A stretch of DNA of 56,894 nt, taken from a virus (lineage: Duplodnaviria > Caudoviricetes). The stretch is taken from positions 1-56,894 of IMG/VR virus record IMGVR_UViG_3300033144_008156; one strand, given 5' to 3'. The position numbers and the translations under genes were made by a program. Shown here piece by piece: positions 38,444 through 47,142 of this stretch; positions within the stretch are counted from its first letter, which is position 1; every line of letters begins with the position of its first letter. Under the pieces are notes generated by a model that searched no databases, had not been told where the DNA came from, and saw only the letters and a list, made by a program, of their open reading frames with translations.

Positions 38444-38525
38444 AACAAGAGGGAAAACTAAGCTTTATCCTCGTAAGATCAGCTATGCGTCCATAGCAAC
38501 TGTTCGTTTTCCTCTCCTGCTTGTT
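38444..38525 (-). ncRNA. Candidate structured RNA (unit B, multi-stem junction)
   Basis: Closing stem AGAGGAAAAC/GUUUUCC(C)UCU encloses GCUAUG-GACG-CAUAGC and AUCUU-ACG-AGGAU. A U-G pair favours the - strand. Confidence 0.45.
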
Positions 38526-38529
38526 AATA

Positions 38530-38606
38530 TGTAGCTCAGGGATCCACAGAGCACCTGTCTAGAATCCATGTATCCATGGTAGTTTTACTGTCTGCATTCA
38601 GCTACA
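38530..38606 (-). ncRNA. Candidate structured RNA (unit A, multi-stem junction)
   Basis: Closing stem UGUAGCU/AGCUACA encloses CCAUG-GAUA-CAUGG and AUUC(UAG)ACAG-GUGCU-CUGU-GGAU. Confidence 0.4.
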
Positions 38607-38612
38607 ATTTTT

Positions 38613-39179
38613 TTAAACCTTAAGATCCCAACTCATTTTCATGGCATCTTTTACTCTCATATCATTCCTATAACATTCCTCGTCCATATTTAATACAGAT
38701 GAAGCCTCTTGATCCCTAGGAATTTTTACATTTAAATTTTCTTCCAAGTTTTCATAAGCCTTTTCTCTCCGATGAAGAACATCCATAATAGGATGATTAT
38801 CGTGAAGAGCATGAAATGTTTTTAATTGTTGTTTATATTCAAGGCTCATTTTTGAAAATTTAGATTCTTTATATAATTTAAAGTCTTCTAAATGTTCTTT
38901 AGGGACCTTAAATACCATCATAACATGAAGTTTATCCTTATCTTCTGTTAATTCGTGATGTGGAATAGTCTGAATCATATCTTCAAATTCTAAAAACCAC
39001 CTTTCTCCTGTAAATCCATATAACAGGAAAAGATGTTTATCTAAATAAGGATAATCTTCATCTCCAATAAATACATTTTTCAATTGTCGCTGACTACCCT
39101 TTAATCCTGGAACTACATCCATTAGCATAGGTAATACATAAGAATAACTTTTTGTCTTCTTAATTTTCTCTGATGTCAT
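38613..39179 (-). CDS. Hypothetical protein (crAss-like replication-module type)
   Basis: 188 aa. TKSYSYVLPML...VFKVP...KFSKMS; overlaps the nuclease gene. Confidence 0.8.
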   Translation of the reverse strand: MTSEKIKKTKSYSYVLPMLMDVVPGLKGSQRQLKNVFIGDEDYPYLDKHLFLLYGFTGERWFLEFEDMIQTIPHHELTEDKDKLHVMMVFKVPKEHLEDFKLYKESKFSKMSLEYKQQLKTFHALHDNHPIMDVLHRREKAYENLEENLNVKIPRDQEASSVLNMDEECYRNDMRVKDAMKMSWDLKV

Positions 39180-40155
39180 TTTTCATAGTATCTAAAATTA
39201 CTATTCCGTTATTTTCATGGACTTCTCTAGGAAAATCCCAATTTCCAGTTTTCTCGTGATAATTAAGATCTTCAATCAAATTTCTATATCCTTTTATTTG
39301 ATTACCAAATTGATCTACTCCTCCATTCTCTCCAATCTCAAGATCCTTATCACTACATTTAAATAACATAGGGGGATTCATTCCTATTGTTTCTACTACT
39401 AGGAATTTAAAATTTTCTACCGTATAGTCAATTAAATCAGATTCATTATTTTTCCAAAAAGTTACAGCATCTGTATAGAAAGAAGCTTGAAGATAATATT
39501 TCCATTTCATAAAAGCACTTCTAAAATTTAAAACACTTTTTCCAGTTGTTTTTAAATCTATGGGAAATATATTTTTATTCTTATGGTCAATAACAATAAT
39601 ATCTAGAAGAGATTTACATGCTTGTCCTTTAGTTTCCCAATAGATAGGATATTGATATAAAATATCCATACCTTCTATTGGTTTTTCAAAATACTGTTTA
39701 GTGAATTCTCCGTCTTTTACAGCATTAACAGCTCTTTGAATTTGTTCATACTCTTCATAAGATAAAATAGTCTTTCCTCTAGCATCTTTAAGACCTTCAT
39801 AATATTCTCTCCCCTCTGCTTCATACTTTTCTTTGACCTTTTCTGGCTTTAATTTATACCCTGATTCCAGGTAAGCTTTTCCATGATCTTCAGTTTCAAA
39901 TAATTTCTCTACATATTTTACCATCATATCAGATGGGGCCTTTTTGAGAGACATTACATAAAATTCAATATGAAAATCATCCGGAGTAGTTAATAAACAA
40001 TCTACAGCAGATCCTTTTCTAAATGCAGGAATATTCCCAATGTCATCTCTTGCAATATAATTTTGAGGACTTACTGCTAAAGCAGATAATGAAGAATAGT
40101 TAATTGCTTCTTTCTTTCTGTATTCTTTTACAATATTTATAGTATTAGTTGTCAT
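39160..40155 (-). CDS. PD-(D/E)xK exonuclease (RecE/exonuclease VIII-like)
   Basis: NYSSLS...GSAVDCLLT...KSLLDII...PIDLKTTG...YYLQASFY. Confidence 0.85.
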   Translation of the reverse strand: MTTNTINIVKEYRKKEAINYSSLSALAVSPQNYIARDDIGNIPAFRKGSAVDCLLTTPDDFHIEFYVMSLKKAPSDMMVKYVEKLFETEDHGKAYLESGYKLKPEKVKEKYEAEGREYYEGLKDARGKTILSYEEYEQIQRAVNAVKDGEFTKQYFEKPIEGMDILYQYPIYWETKGQACKSLLDIIVIDHKNKNIFPIDLKTTGKSVLNFRSAFMKWKYYLQASFYTDAVTFWKNNESDLIDYTVENFKFLVVETIGMNPPMLFKCSDKDLEIGENGGVDQFGNQIKGYRNLIEDLNYHEKTGNWDFPREVHENNGIVILDTMKNDIREN

Positions 40156-40187
40156 TTTTTTAAATTAAAAGATTAATAATTTATAAA

Positions 40188-40245
40188 GAGGAAAAAGAGC
40201 CTTTATCAGCAGTTCAAGGCCTCACTGATATTAGCTCTTTTCCTC
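40188..40245 (-). terminator. Long interrupted hairpin (terminator or processing/regulatory RNA)
   Basis: GAGGAAAAGAGCU-AA-UAUCAGU...GCUGAUA-AA-GGCUCUUUUUCCUC followed by UUUAU; two U-G pairs on the - strand. Confidence 0.6.
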
Positions 40246-40254
40246 ATCTCCTGA

Positions 40255-40695
40255 CTATAACCAAGAATTATCTTGACCATTAGTCTCAACTGGATCCGCT
40301 TCTACTTCTTCAGTTTTCACTTCCTCAGCTGCATTGTCATTAATGTCTTTTAATGTCTCTGTATCAGGAGTGGATACTTCTTCAGTATTTTCATCTTCCT
40401 GAGATGTTTCTTGTTCTAAATTATCAACAACAGTAAATTCTTTATCTTCTGTATCAATAATAGTATCATCTAATACTACAAAAGCCGGAGCTTTCTTTAC
40501 TATTGTCTTTCTGCCTTTTAGTTTTTCATGTTTAAATAATTCAAATATTTGAGATTTATTAAGATCATACTTTTCTTGTATACTTCCTATACTAGCGTCA
40601 TAATTTTTCTCACCTTTAGTTCTTGTATATCCCTCTTTTAGATATTGAAGAATGTCACTAATTTTAATTTCGATTGTTTCAGATTTTTTACTCAT
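40255..40695 (-). CDS. Hypothetical protein with an HTH-like N-terminus and a long acidic tail
   Basis: 146 aa. ISDILQYLKEGYTR...IQEKYDLNKSQIFELFKH, then an E/D/T-rich tail ending NSWL. Confidence 0.8.
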   Translation of the reverse strand: MSKKSETIEIKISDILQYLKEGYTRTKGEKNYDASIGSIQEKYDLNKSQIFELFKHEKLKGRKTIVKKAPAFVVLDDTIIDTEDKEFTVVDNLEQETSQEDENTEEVSTPDTETLKDINDNAAEEVKTEEVEADPVETNGQDNSWL

Positions 40696-41738
40696 TTTAA
40701 ATTTGATTTTATATTATTAATAGATTCTATTGAACAATCCATAAGCCACTTTCTATAGTCTCTTATGTTATTTAATTTTGGAGGAGTATAATTTTTAAAT
40801 AGTTCCTTAAAACTCTCCTTTTCTATTACAGGAACTCCAGCATCATACATAGGAATTAGAAATTGCTTTCTCATATAAGGTCTCAGGCCTCTCCACCTGC
40901 TCCTTGGAATATCAAATTCAGGATGTATCCAAATTTGTACTACTCTACGGTCTATTTCCTTACCTAATGCTATAGCCCATCTTATATATTCCATGTATTT
41001 AGGCTTAGTTACTAAACAAATTAAAGGATTTATATCTGCATTTCCAGATGGTGTATATGAAACATCTGCTAAGAAATAAGAACCTACTAAATACTTTATA
41101 ACATTACCATTAATCCATGTTCTAGTATGATGAAGTGCCCAACCACTTCCTCCTATAAAATGTCCTACTAGCTCTTTATATCTCCAATATTGAGGCCACC
41201 CATAACCATTGGTCAAATGACTTTCAGGTAATCCATAATCCATAGAAGACTCTATACTATCTTTAAATTCTTTTTTTACATCTTCTATTGCATTAATAAC
41301 TAACATTCCCAGATCTTCGTCAGGTACTGTAGAAACATCTACTCTGTAATGATGACTTCTAGGTTTGTTTTTACTAAAATAGTCACTCATTTGAGAATGT
41401 AAAGAATACCTTAATAGAGTTCCAAGAAGTCCGTCAAGTCTTTTATCAACTCCTTCTTCTCCTTCTATAGGTCCATATCTTCTGACAACAAAGTTTTTAT
41501 CCCCTAAAATATCTATTCTATCTTCTAGGCCCCTATAATGAGTATGCCACGAATTTGAAGGCCTCCAGGGAGTCATTCTATTAGCTGCAAATACAGGAAT
41601 AATTTCTTTACTATCATCTCCTATATAAGAAGAAGATTCTATAAATTTATTATCTCTCCATTCAGATCTTCCCCCATATAGTCCATCACTATGCCTGTGT
41701 GTAGCCCATTCCTCACGTGCTATATCTACATTTATCAT
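40692..41738 (-). CDS. Hypothetical protein coupled to the E1/ThiF gene
   Basis: 348 aa with ATGA overlaps on both sides; no family recognised. Confidence 0.8.
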   Translation of the reverse strand: MINVDIAREEWATHRHSDGLYGGRSEWRDNKFIESSSYIGDDSKEIIPVFAANRMTPWRPSNSWHTHYRGLEDRIDILGDKNFVVRRYGPIEGEEGVDKRLDGLLGTLLRYSLHSQMSDYFSKNKPRSHHYRVDVSTVPDEDLGMLVINAIEDVKKEFKDSIESSMDYGLPESHLTNGYGWPQYWRYKELVGHFIGGSGWALHHTRTWINGNVIKYLVGSYFLADVSYTPSGNADINPLICLVTKPKYMEYIRWAIALGKEIDRRVVQIWIHPEFDIPRSRWRGLRPYMRKQFLIPMYDAGVPVIEKESFKELFKNYTPPKLNNIRDYRKWLMDCSIESINNIKSNLK

Positions 41739-42412
41739 AATTTAATAGTATTAGTTAAAGTTGGAAGATCATAATACATTTTAAATGGAACTTCTCTAAA
41801 GTCTCCCTTATCTTTAAAGTTAGCTACATAATTATTAAACACAGATACCATATATCCTGCAATCATAGCTCCACAATGAGAAGTAGCTTTCATGGAACAT
41901 CTCTCTTCTTCCACTTCGCCATCCTCAAATAACTGCTCAGTTCTATATCTCTCTATGTTTTTAGGAACTACTGCAATTACTTGAAAATTTTCAGCAAGCA
42001 TTCTACCATCTATAAATATCTGTTTGTTAGGCACTTCACACCACCTATCAAACATTAATTTTCTAGATGCCATATTATCAAAGCAAGCAAAAACAGCAGG
42101 ACCTGATAAAGATCCTTCTTCGTACTTTCCCATTGATTCTATGGTATTTCCTGTAAAATCATAGACATGAGATGAAGTGGCTTCTGCTTTTTGCTGCCCT
42201 ATATTTCCTGAACTATACAATTGCCCTCCTAAATTAGTTTCATCTATAACATCATTATCATATAAGAAAATATTACATTCTTGTCTTCCTAGAAAGAAGC
42301 ATAGCCAGGATCCTATTCCTCCGGCTCCTCCTACTATTACATCTATCCCAGGATGATACCAAGAAGCATCAGAAAATCTGACACTTCTTGGATTTATTAC
42401 TGTTTTTTTCAT
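41735..42412 (-). CDS. ThiF/MoeB/E1-family ubiquitin-like activating enzyme
   Basis: VGGAGGIGSW, YDNDVIDETNLGGQ, CFDNMASR, IDGRM; candidate catalytic Cys in EEERCSMK. Confidence 0.9.
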   Translation of the reverse strand: MKKTVINPRSVRFSDASWYHPGIDVIVGGAGGIGSWLCFFLGRQECNIFLYDNDVIDETNLGGQLYSSGNIGQQKAEATSSHVYDFTGNTIESMGKYEEGSLSGPAVFACFDNMASRKLMFDRWCEVPNKQIFIDGRMLAENFQVIAVVPKNIERYRTEQLFEDGEVEEERCSMKATSHCGAMIAGYMVSVFNNYVANFKDKGDFREVPFKMYYDLPTLTNTIKL

Positions 42413-42423
42413 AATTACTTATT

Positions 42424-43647
42424 TTACCATTTATTTGACTCTTTATACCAGCTTTTATTTCCATCATTTCCAGCTAATGGATCTCCAGCTATTTGATATT
42501 CACACAACATATTACAAATTTCATCTATAAAATGACATCTCTGATAAGAATTAGGCCCATAAGTACTTGAAGTCCATTCTTCCAGTACTGAAATAGAATC
42601 ATCCACTATTTCATCACGAGAGCTCATTGGAACTACCATAGCTGATAATATAGTATCAACATTATCTTCCATATAAGTCATATACAAATCTTTATCAGTC
42701 ATTGTCATATTCTCATACTTCTTTGTATATTCTTTAACTGTCTCCTCCAAAAGAGCGTGAGAAGCATAAGATGGATGCTCAGGTTCTATACGAAGTAATT
42801 TTATTAAAAATCCTCTTACCGTAATAGTATAATCAGCTTTTTTATCATACCCATTCTCCCATAAATCTAATTGTTTAGTAGATCTTCTTGCAGAAGGATT
42901 TACTGAATACCCATTATTATAGCCAGAATTTCCATTAGATTTAGACCAGCCATAACTAGAATAAGAACTTTTTTCCTTTGCTTGTCGTTTCTTTAGTTTT
43001 AACAATTCATTAATAAATGAAGGATCTGGTTCAACCTCAGGAATTTTAATATCTAATGCTACAGTATATACTATGGTCTCCTCTCTCTGCTGCTTATGTT
43101 CTTGAACAGTTTTTTTAGAAGATTTTAATCCTGTATATTCTAAAACACTATTTTCTTTAACACTTCTAAGTCCTCTTATACACATTTTAGCACAATACTT
43201 TCCCTCAAAATTGACTATTAGAGATAAATAATAAGCGTGATTGTCTATATTATCTCTTAATTCTTGTAAATCTGTTCCTGAAAAGTAAGCTTTCATATTA
43301 TGATGAGTATGAATATGTCCCAATCTCCACTCTTCTTTTAGTGCATCAGGATAAAAATCATACATATCTAAAGTATTTTCATCATAGTCATATTCTGTAT
43401 AACCAGGACTACCTATATCCATAGGAAACATTCCTTTAGCTGTAATTTGTAATTTAGTAGGATCAGAAATGTCTCCTTTATCTATTGTATATAACAATAC
43501 TCCAGACCATTCTGTACTACCTGCAAATGAATGAAATGTATCTATTTGCGTTTTTAATTCCGGACTTAAGTGCAAAACACCCTCCTTTTTACTCTCTATT
43601 ATAGGGTAATCAATTACCGCTCTTGTTTCTTTCTTATTATAATTCAT
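42424..43647 (-). CDS. JAB/MPN+ (JAMM) metallo-isopeptidase with a C-terminal extension
   Basis: EWSG...HTHHNMKAYFSGTD fits E-xn-HxH-x7-S-x2-D exactly. Confidence 0.9.
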   Translation of the reverse strand: MNYNKKETRAVIDYPIIESKKEGVLHLSPELKTQIDTFHSFAGSTEWSGVLLYTIDKGDISDPTKLQITAKGMFPMDIGSPGYTEYDYDENTLDMYDFYPDALKEEWRLGHIHTHHNMKAYFSGTDLQELRDNIDNHAYYLSLIVNFEGKYCAKMCIRGLRSVKENSVLEYTGLKSSKKTVQEHKQQREETIVYTVALDIKIPEVEPDPSFINELLKLKKRQAKEKSSYSSYGWSKSNGNSGYNNGYSVNPSARRSTKQLDLWENGYDKKADYTITVRGFLIKLLRIEPEHPSYASHALLEETVKEYTKKYENMTMTDKDLYMTYMEDNVDTILSAMVVPMSSRDEIVDDSISVLEEWTSSTYGPNSYQRCHFIDEICNMLCEYQIAGDPLAGNDGNKSWYKESNKW

Positions 43648-44846
43648 ACTCCGTATTTTTTAATAAAATAATGATTAGTTTTTTTAATTAATTTGCCAGC
43701 TACATACTTAGTTAAATCAGGATGAGCTACTTCTAATAATTGAGACTCTGAATAATCCTCATTCAGTGCTATTACTTTAAAGAATATCTCTTCTCCTTTA
43801 AAAGTAAGAATGGATTTTTTACTTCCTTTTTCATTTCCCTCTTCAATCCATTCTAAAATAGAACTTCTAGAAACATCTCCGTGAAGATATTCTCCCGCTG
43901 ATGTTTTCTTTATTTTAGTAATCCCCTTTATTTCACTAATAATAGGCTCTAGAAGAAAATTTTCAACTTTAAACCGTTTATTAATATTATCAAATTTCAA
44001 AGGAAACTTTTCAAGAGCTTCAACTATTATCTTGTATTCTTTATGCTTTTGGCTCCTCTGCAGATACACATGTAAATCTCCAATAGCAATATTCTCTATT
44101 CTCATATAAGGACCTCCCTGTAAGGACTCCCATCTTACATAAGCATCTAATTGATATAATAGTAATTCAAATGCTTCTTGAGTAAACTCGTGCCCTTTCA
44201 TTGCCCATTCAGTATTTGCCTGGGCAAACTCTCCACTCCCTAAACAAAAAGGATTCCAGAGAGGACCTGAAGTATAAGATGATGAAGGTAAATGAGAGTG
44301 AGCATAGCCGCATTTATATTCTACATAACTTAAAAGACCTCTTATTCCTTTTAAGTTATCTTTTATAGTAAATCCTTTATTAAAAGTCCATTTAACATAC
44401 AAATCATTAATTTCATGTCTTGCCTCTTTACCATTAGTAATTTCAATTTTAGGAAATTTAATAATTAATGTATAGACAGTTGCACCTTTAGATGGGAGTA
44501 TTAAATCCCATTTATACGGAAATATAGCTTGTAAAGATTCTTCAACTTTCTTTAATATAACTCTATCTTGCTTTTGATCCTCTTCTCGTGATAGTTTTAC
44601 CTTCTGTTCATACTGAGCAATTTCCTCTTTAGGCAATAATTGAAAGTTATGTCGAGCTTCACTATCATTAATTGTAAGAGATTTTCCATTTTCTATACTA
44701 TACACTTCTATATTATTAAAAGTATTACCAGGTCTATATGTCCAATCTTTTTCTACTATATAGACTCCAGCATATTCTCCTTCTTTTAAGTGTATGTATT
44801 CATCCTTGGAAAATGTCTTTTTTTGTTTTATTTCCAGTATTGTCAT
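43644..44846 (-). CDS. Prokaryotic E2-like (UBC-fold) conjugating enzyme
   Basis: LIIKFP...GYAHSHLP...PFCLGSG...LDAYVRWES..GGPY mirrors the E2 HPN...C-L layout; lies between the Ubl and JAB genes. Confidence 0.65.
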   Translation of the reverse strand: MTILEIKQKKTFSKDEYIHLKEGEYAGVYIVEKDWTYRPGNTFNNIEVYSIENGKSLTINDSEARHNFQLLPKEEIAQYEQKVKLSREEDQKQDRVILKKVEESLQAIFPYKWDLILPSKGATVYTLIIKFPKIEITNGKEARHEINDLYVKWTFNKGFTIKDNLKGIRGLLSYVEYKCGYAHSHLPSSSYTSGPLWNPFCLGSGEFAQANTEWAMKGHEFTQEAFELLLYQLDAYVRWESLQGGPYMRIENIAIGDLHVYLQRSQKHKEYKIIVEALEKFPLKFDNINKRFKVENFLLEPIISEIKGITKIKKTSAGEYLHGDVSRSSILEWIEEGNEKGSKKSILTFKGEEIFFKVIALNEDYSESQLLEVAHPDLTKYVAGKLIKKTNHYFIKKYGV

Positions 44847-44860
44847 TTTTTCTATTTAAT

Positions 44861-44892
44861 AAAAAAAGAGGAGCCCTTAAGAACTCCTCTTT
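44861..44892 (-). terminator. Intrinsic terminator after the Ubl gene
   Basis: GAGGAGUUC-UUAA-GGGCUCCUC followed by U7 on the - strand; two U-G pairs. Confidence 0.85.
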
Positions 44893-44906
44893 CTATAATT
44901 ATACAA

Positions 44907-45386
44907 TTACATACTTAACTCTTCTGCTAATTCAGCAGCTTCTAATGCAAGTTTTTGATCTGCTTTAGACAATTCCTTAGCTTTGCTAGGACGAAGACTA
45001 TCCATTAATTCAGAAAATTCTTGTTTATATCCTTCAACTTGTGCTATTACTGGATCATTTACTGTAGTATCCCATTCAGCTTCTTTTACTTTTCTTACTT
45101 TTACAGTTCTTCCAGATCTAACTTTTTCTGGATATAAAAACAAAGTGAAATCCTGATCAGGAAGTTTAGCTCCACCACTTTCAAGAGTATTCCTAGTTTC
45201 TCTAATAACAGCTCTTGTATTACCTACATTAGATAATTCCTTCTTTAACTCTCCCCAGGTCTTTGCAGAAGTCTCTATAGTCTGAGTTGCTCTCTCTTGC
45301 GTAGACCATATAGTTACCTTTCGTGTTTCCGTATTAGTTTCAGTTGTCTTTTTATTTACTGCTACTTTTTTAGTTTTTGTAGTCAT
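44907..45386 (-). CDS. Ubiquitin-like (beta-grasp) protein precursor with a C-terminal extension
   Basis: RKVTIWS-TQTIETSAKTWGELKKEL-RAVI-L...LPDQDFTLFLYPEKVRSG follows the beta-beta-alpha-beta-beta pattern, ending in Gly92 and followed by 67 further residues. Context is E2/JAB/E1. Confidence 0.65.
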   Translation of the reverse strand: MTTKTKKVAVNKKTTETNTETRKVTIWSTQERATQTIETSAKTWGELKKELSNVGNTRAVIRETRNTLESGGAKLPDQDFTLFLYPEKVRSGRTVKVRKVKEAEWDTTVNDPVIAQVEGYKQEFSELMDSLRPSKAKELSKADQKLALEAAELAEELSM

Positions 45387-45397
45387 CTTAATTTAAA

Positions 45398-45673
45398 TTA
45401 ATAAATGTTAATAATTGATTGATTATCTAGATATTCTTGATATGTTTCCATAAATAAACTATAAGCGTATTCAACCTTGTTAAGATACCCCAACTCTCCT
45501 CGGGTTATGATAACATCTTCTTTTAGTCCATTTATACTTATTTCAAGAACATTGTATTTAGCTTCATCTAATTTATCTTCTAATAGTCCTCTCATTCCAT
45601 CAGGGTCCCCTACAATTGCAGGGACGATAGATATATCAAGTAAAGCGTCTGTTAATTTTTGATTATATTCCAT
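45398..45673 (-). CDS. Hypothetical acidic protein
   Basis: 91 aa between the resolvase and Ubl genes. Confidence 0.7.
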   Translation of the reverse strand: MEYNQKLTDALLDISIVPAIVGDPDGMRGLLEDKLDEAKYNVLEISINGLKEDVIITRGELGYLNKVEYAYSLFMETYQEYLDNQSIINIY

Positions 45674-45698
45674 ATTATCAGATTATAAGTTACGAATT

Positions 45699-46082
45699 TT
45701 ACTTTAAAATTCCTATAACTACACCTGGTTTTTCCTTAGAATAATCATAAGGTTCAAATACTGGAATAATCTCATCGGCATTGTCATCATCTAACCACCC
45801 ATAAGTGACCATTAAATCCAATACTGTCTGTAATGGATTAGGATAATCAAACTTATGTTTAGATCCTCTAATAAACTTAAATGATATTCTGTAGGGTTTT
45901 TCTATGCCTTTTAAATGTTCTTTAAAAATGTCTGTATAGCTTGTATATGTCTTCTTAGAATGGCGAACATACCTCTGTGCAGCTTTGGACCACACAAAGA
46001 AAGTTCTACCATTATTTATTATCATCTGTTTACTATTCTTAGATGATGGCATATTGCCTGGTATGAAAATTGTCTTAGCCAT
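45699..46082 (-). CDS. RusA-like Holliday junction resolvase
   Basis: PSSKNS...FDYPNPLQTVLDLMV..GWLDDDN. Confidence 0.75.
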   Translation of the reverse strand: MAKTIFIPGNMPSSKNSKQMIINNGRTFFVWSKAAQRYVRHSKKTYTSYTDIFKEHLKGIEKPYRISFKFIRGSKHKFDYPNPLQTVLDLMVTYGWLDDDNADEIIPVFEPYDYSKEKPGVVIGILK

Positions 46083-47064
46083 ATTCTTCTACTAATTTCA
46101 AAATCATATTCTTCAAATTCTCCCCTCCATACTTCAAATAGTAATCTGAAGCATCTTTAGGGCAATCTAAAGCATTATGAATGTACCTTATCTTGTATAA
46201 TTCAGAATGTAATTTAGCAGCAGTTATTCCTGGAGGATCATTATCATAGTAAAGTATGATCTTATCCCACAATTGCTGCAGTTTTGCAATAGTATCTAAA
46301 GATATTACAGTATTCTCTGATTGAGGAGCTATGGCATTAAATCCTAAAGAAGTTAATACCATAACATCTTTCAATGACTTTGTCATAAACAAAGTATTCC
46401 CATAATCAGGTAATTGTTCATATCCTTGTATTGTAGATGCATTTGCATTTGTAATCCATTTCCATTCTTCACTAAATGGCCTCAGTATTTTATACTTATA
46501 ATTTCCAAAGGCATAACTAAATGCTACTTCTCTCTTTGGAATAGTTATAAGAGAGATATTAATATAATAATGCGAAATTTGTTTTACTTTGTAAAGATCT
46601 AGAATGTCCTTATCTATTCCATAAGAGTCCCAATAGGACTTTCCAGCAATATTAAAAGGAATTGATACTATTCTTATTTTAGTATCTGTATATTTAGGTT
46701 GAGCCCTGAGGTGCTCTCCCATCATTCTCATTGTCTTATCTTTCTCTACTTCTCCAGAGTGTAGTCCCAGATTAAAATCATTTGAAATCACTTTTAAACA
46801 TTCATATAATGTAAGACCATATTTTTGTTGTAAATACTTAAAACAATCATAATTTTCTCCAGTGGCCCAGTCCCTATAGACTGCTTTCCCACTGCTTAAT
46901 ACCTTTATACTACATGATGGATGTTTATCTACTCTTATTTCCGAACAAAACTTCTTACCTGGTACTTCAAATTTCTCTATATAATATTTAAAGATGTCAT
47001 ATTCAGTTACCTTTTTTAGAACATTTTCAATATTTAATATTTCGTATCCTTTGGTATTATACAT
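46075..47064 (-). CDS. DNA primase (crAss-type, TOPRIM)
   Basis: SEIRVDKHPSC...YRDWATG, TKSLKDVM, APQSE, YYDND..G and KDASD. Confidence 0.88.
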   Translation of the reverse strand: MYNTKGYEILNIENVLKKVTEYDIFKYYIEKFEVPGKKFCSEIRVDKHPSCSIKVLSSGKAVYRDWATGENYDCFKYLQQKYGLTLYECLKVISNDFNLGLHSGEVEKDKTMRMMGEHLRAQPKYTDTKIRIVSIPFNIAGKSYWDSYGIDKDILDLYKVKQISHYYINISLITIPKREVAFSYAFGNYKYKILRPFSEEWKWITNANASTIQGYEQLPDYGNTLFMTKSLKDVMVLTSLGFNAIAPQSENTVISLDTIAKLQQLWDKIILYYDNDPPGITAAKLHSELYKIRYIHNALDCPKDASDYYLKYGGENLKNMILKLVEEYG

Positions 47065-47087
47065 ATTAATATCGTATGTTAAAGAGA

Positions 47088-47111
47088 CAAAAAAGGGAGA
47101 TTACTCTCCCT
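47088..47111 (-). terminator. Intrinsic terminator after the SSB gene
   Basis: AGGGAGA-GUAA-UCUCCCU plus a U-tract on the - strand (GNRA loop). Confidence 0.85.
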
Positions 47112-47142
47112 AATTCGTCCTTTCACCATTTGCCTCAGTTGA

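Noticed and set aside
38444-38606. tRNA genes or a known self-cleaving ribozyme
   Set aside because: I found no T-loop GTTCRA, cloverleaf spacing or hammerhead CUGAUGA/GAAA core. Kept only as unknown structured RNA.
41735-42412. ThiF as a thiamine or molybdopterin auxiliary metabolic gene
   Set aside because: No ThiS/ThiG/MoaD/MoaE neighbours are present; the context is E2-like, JAB and Ubl genes.
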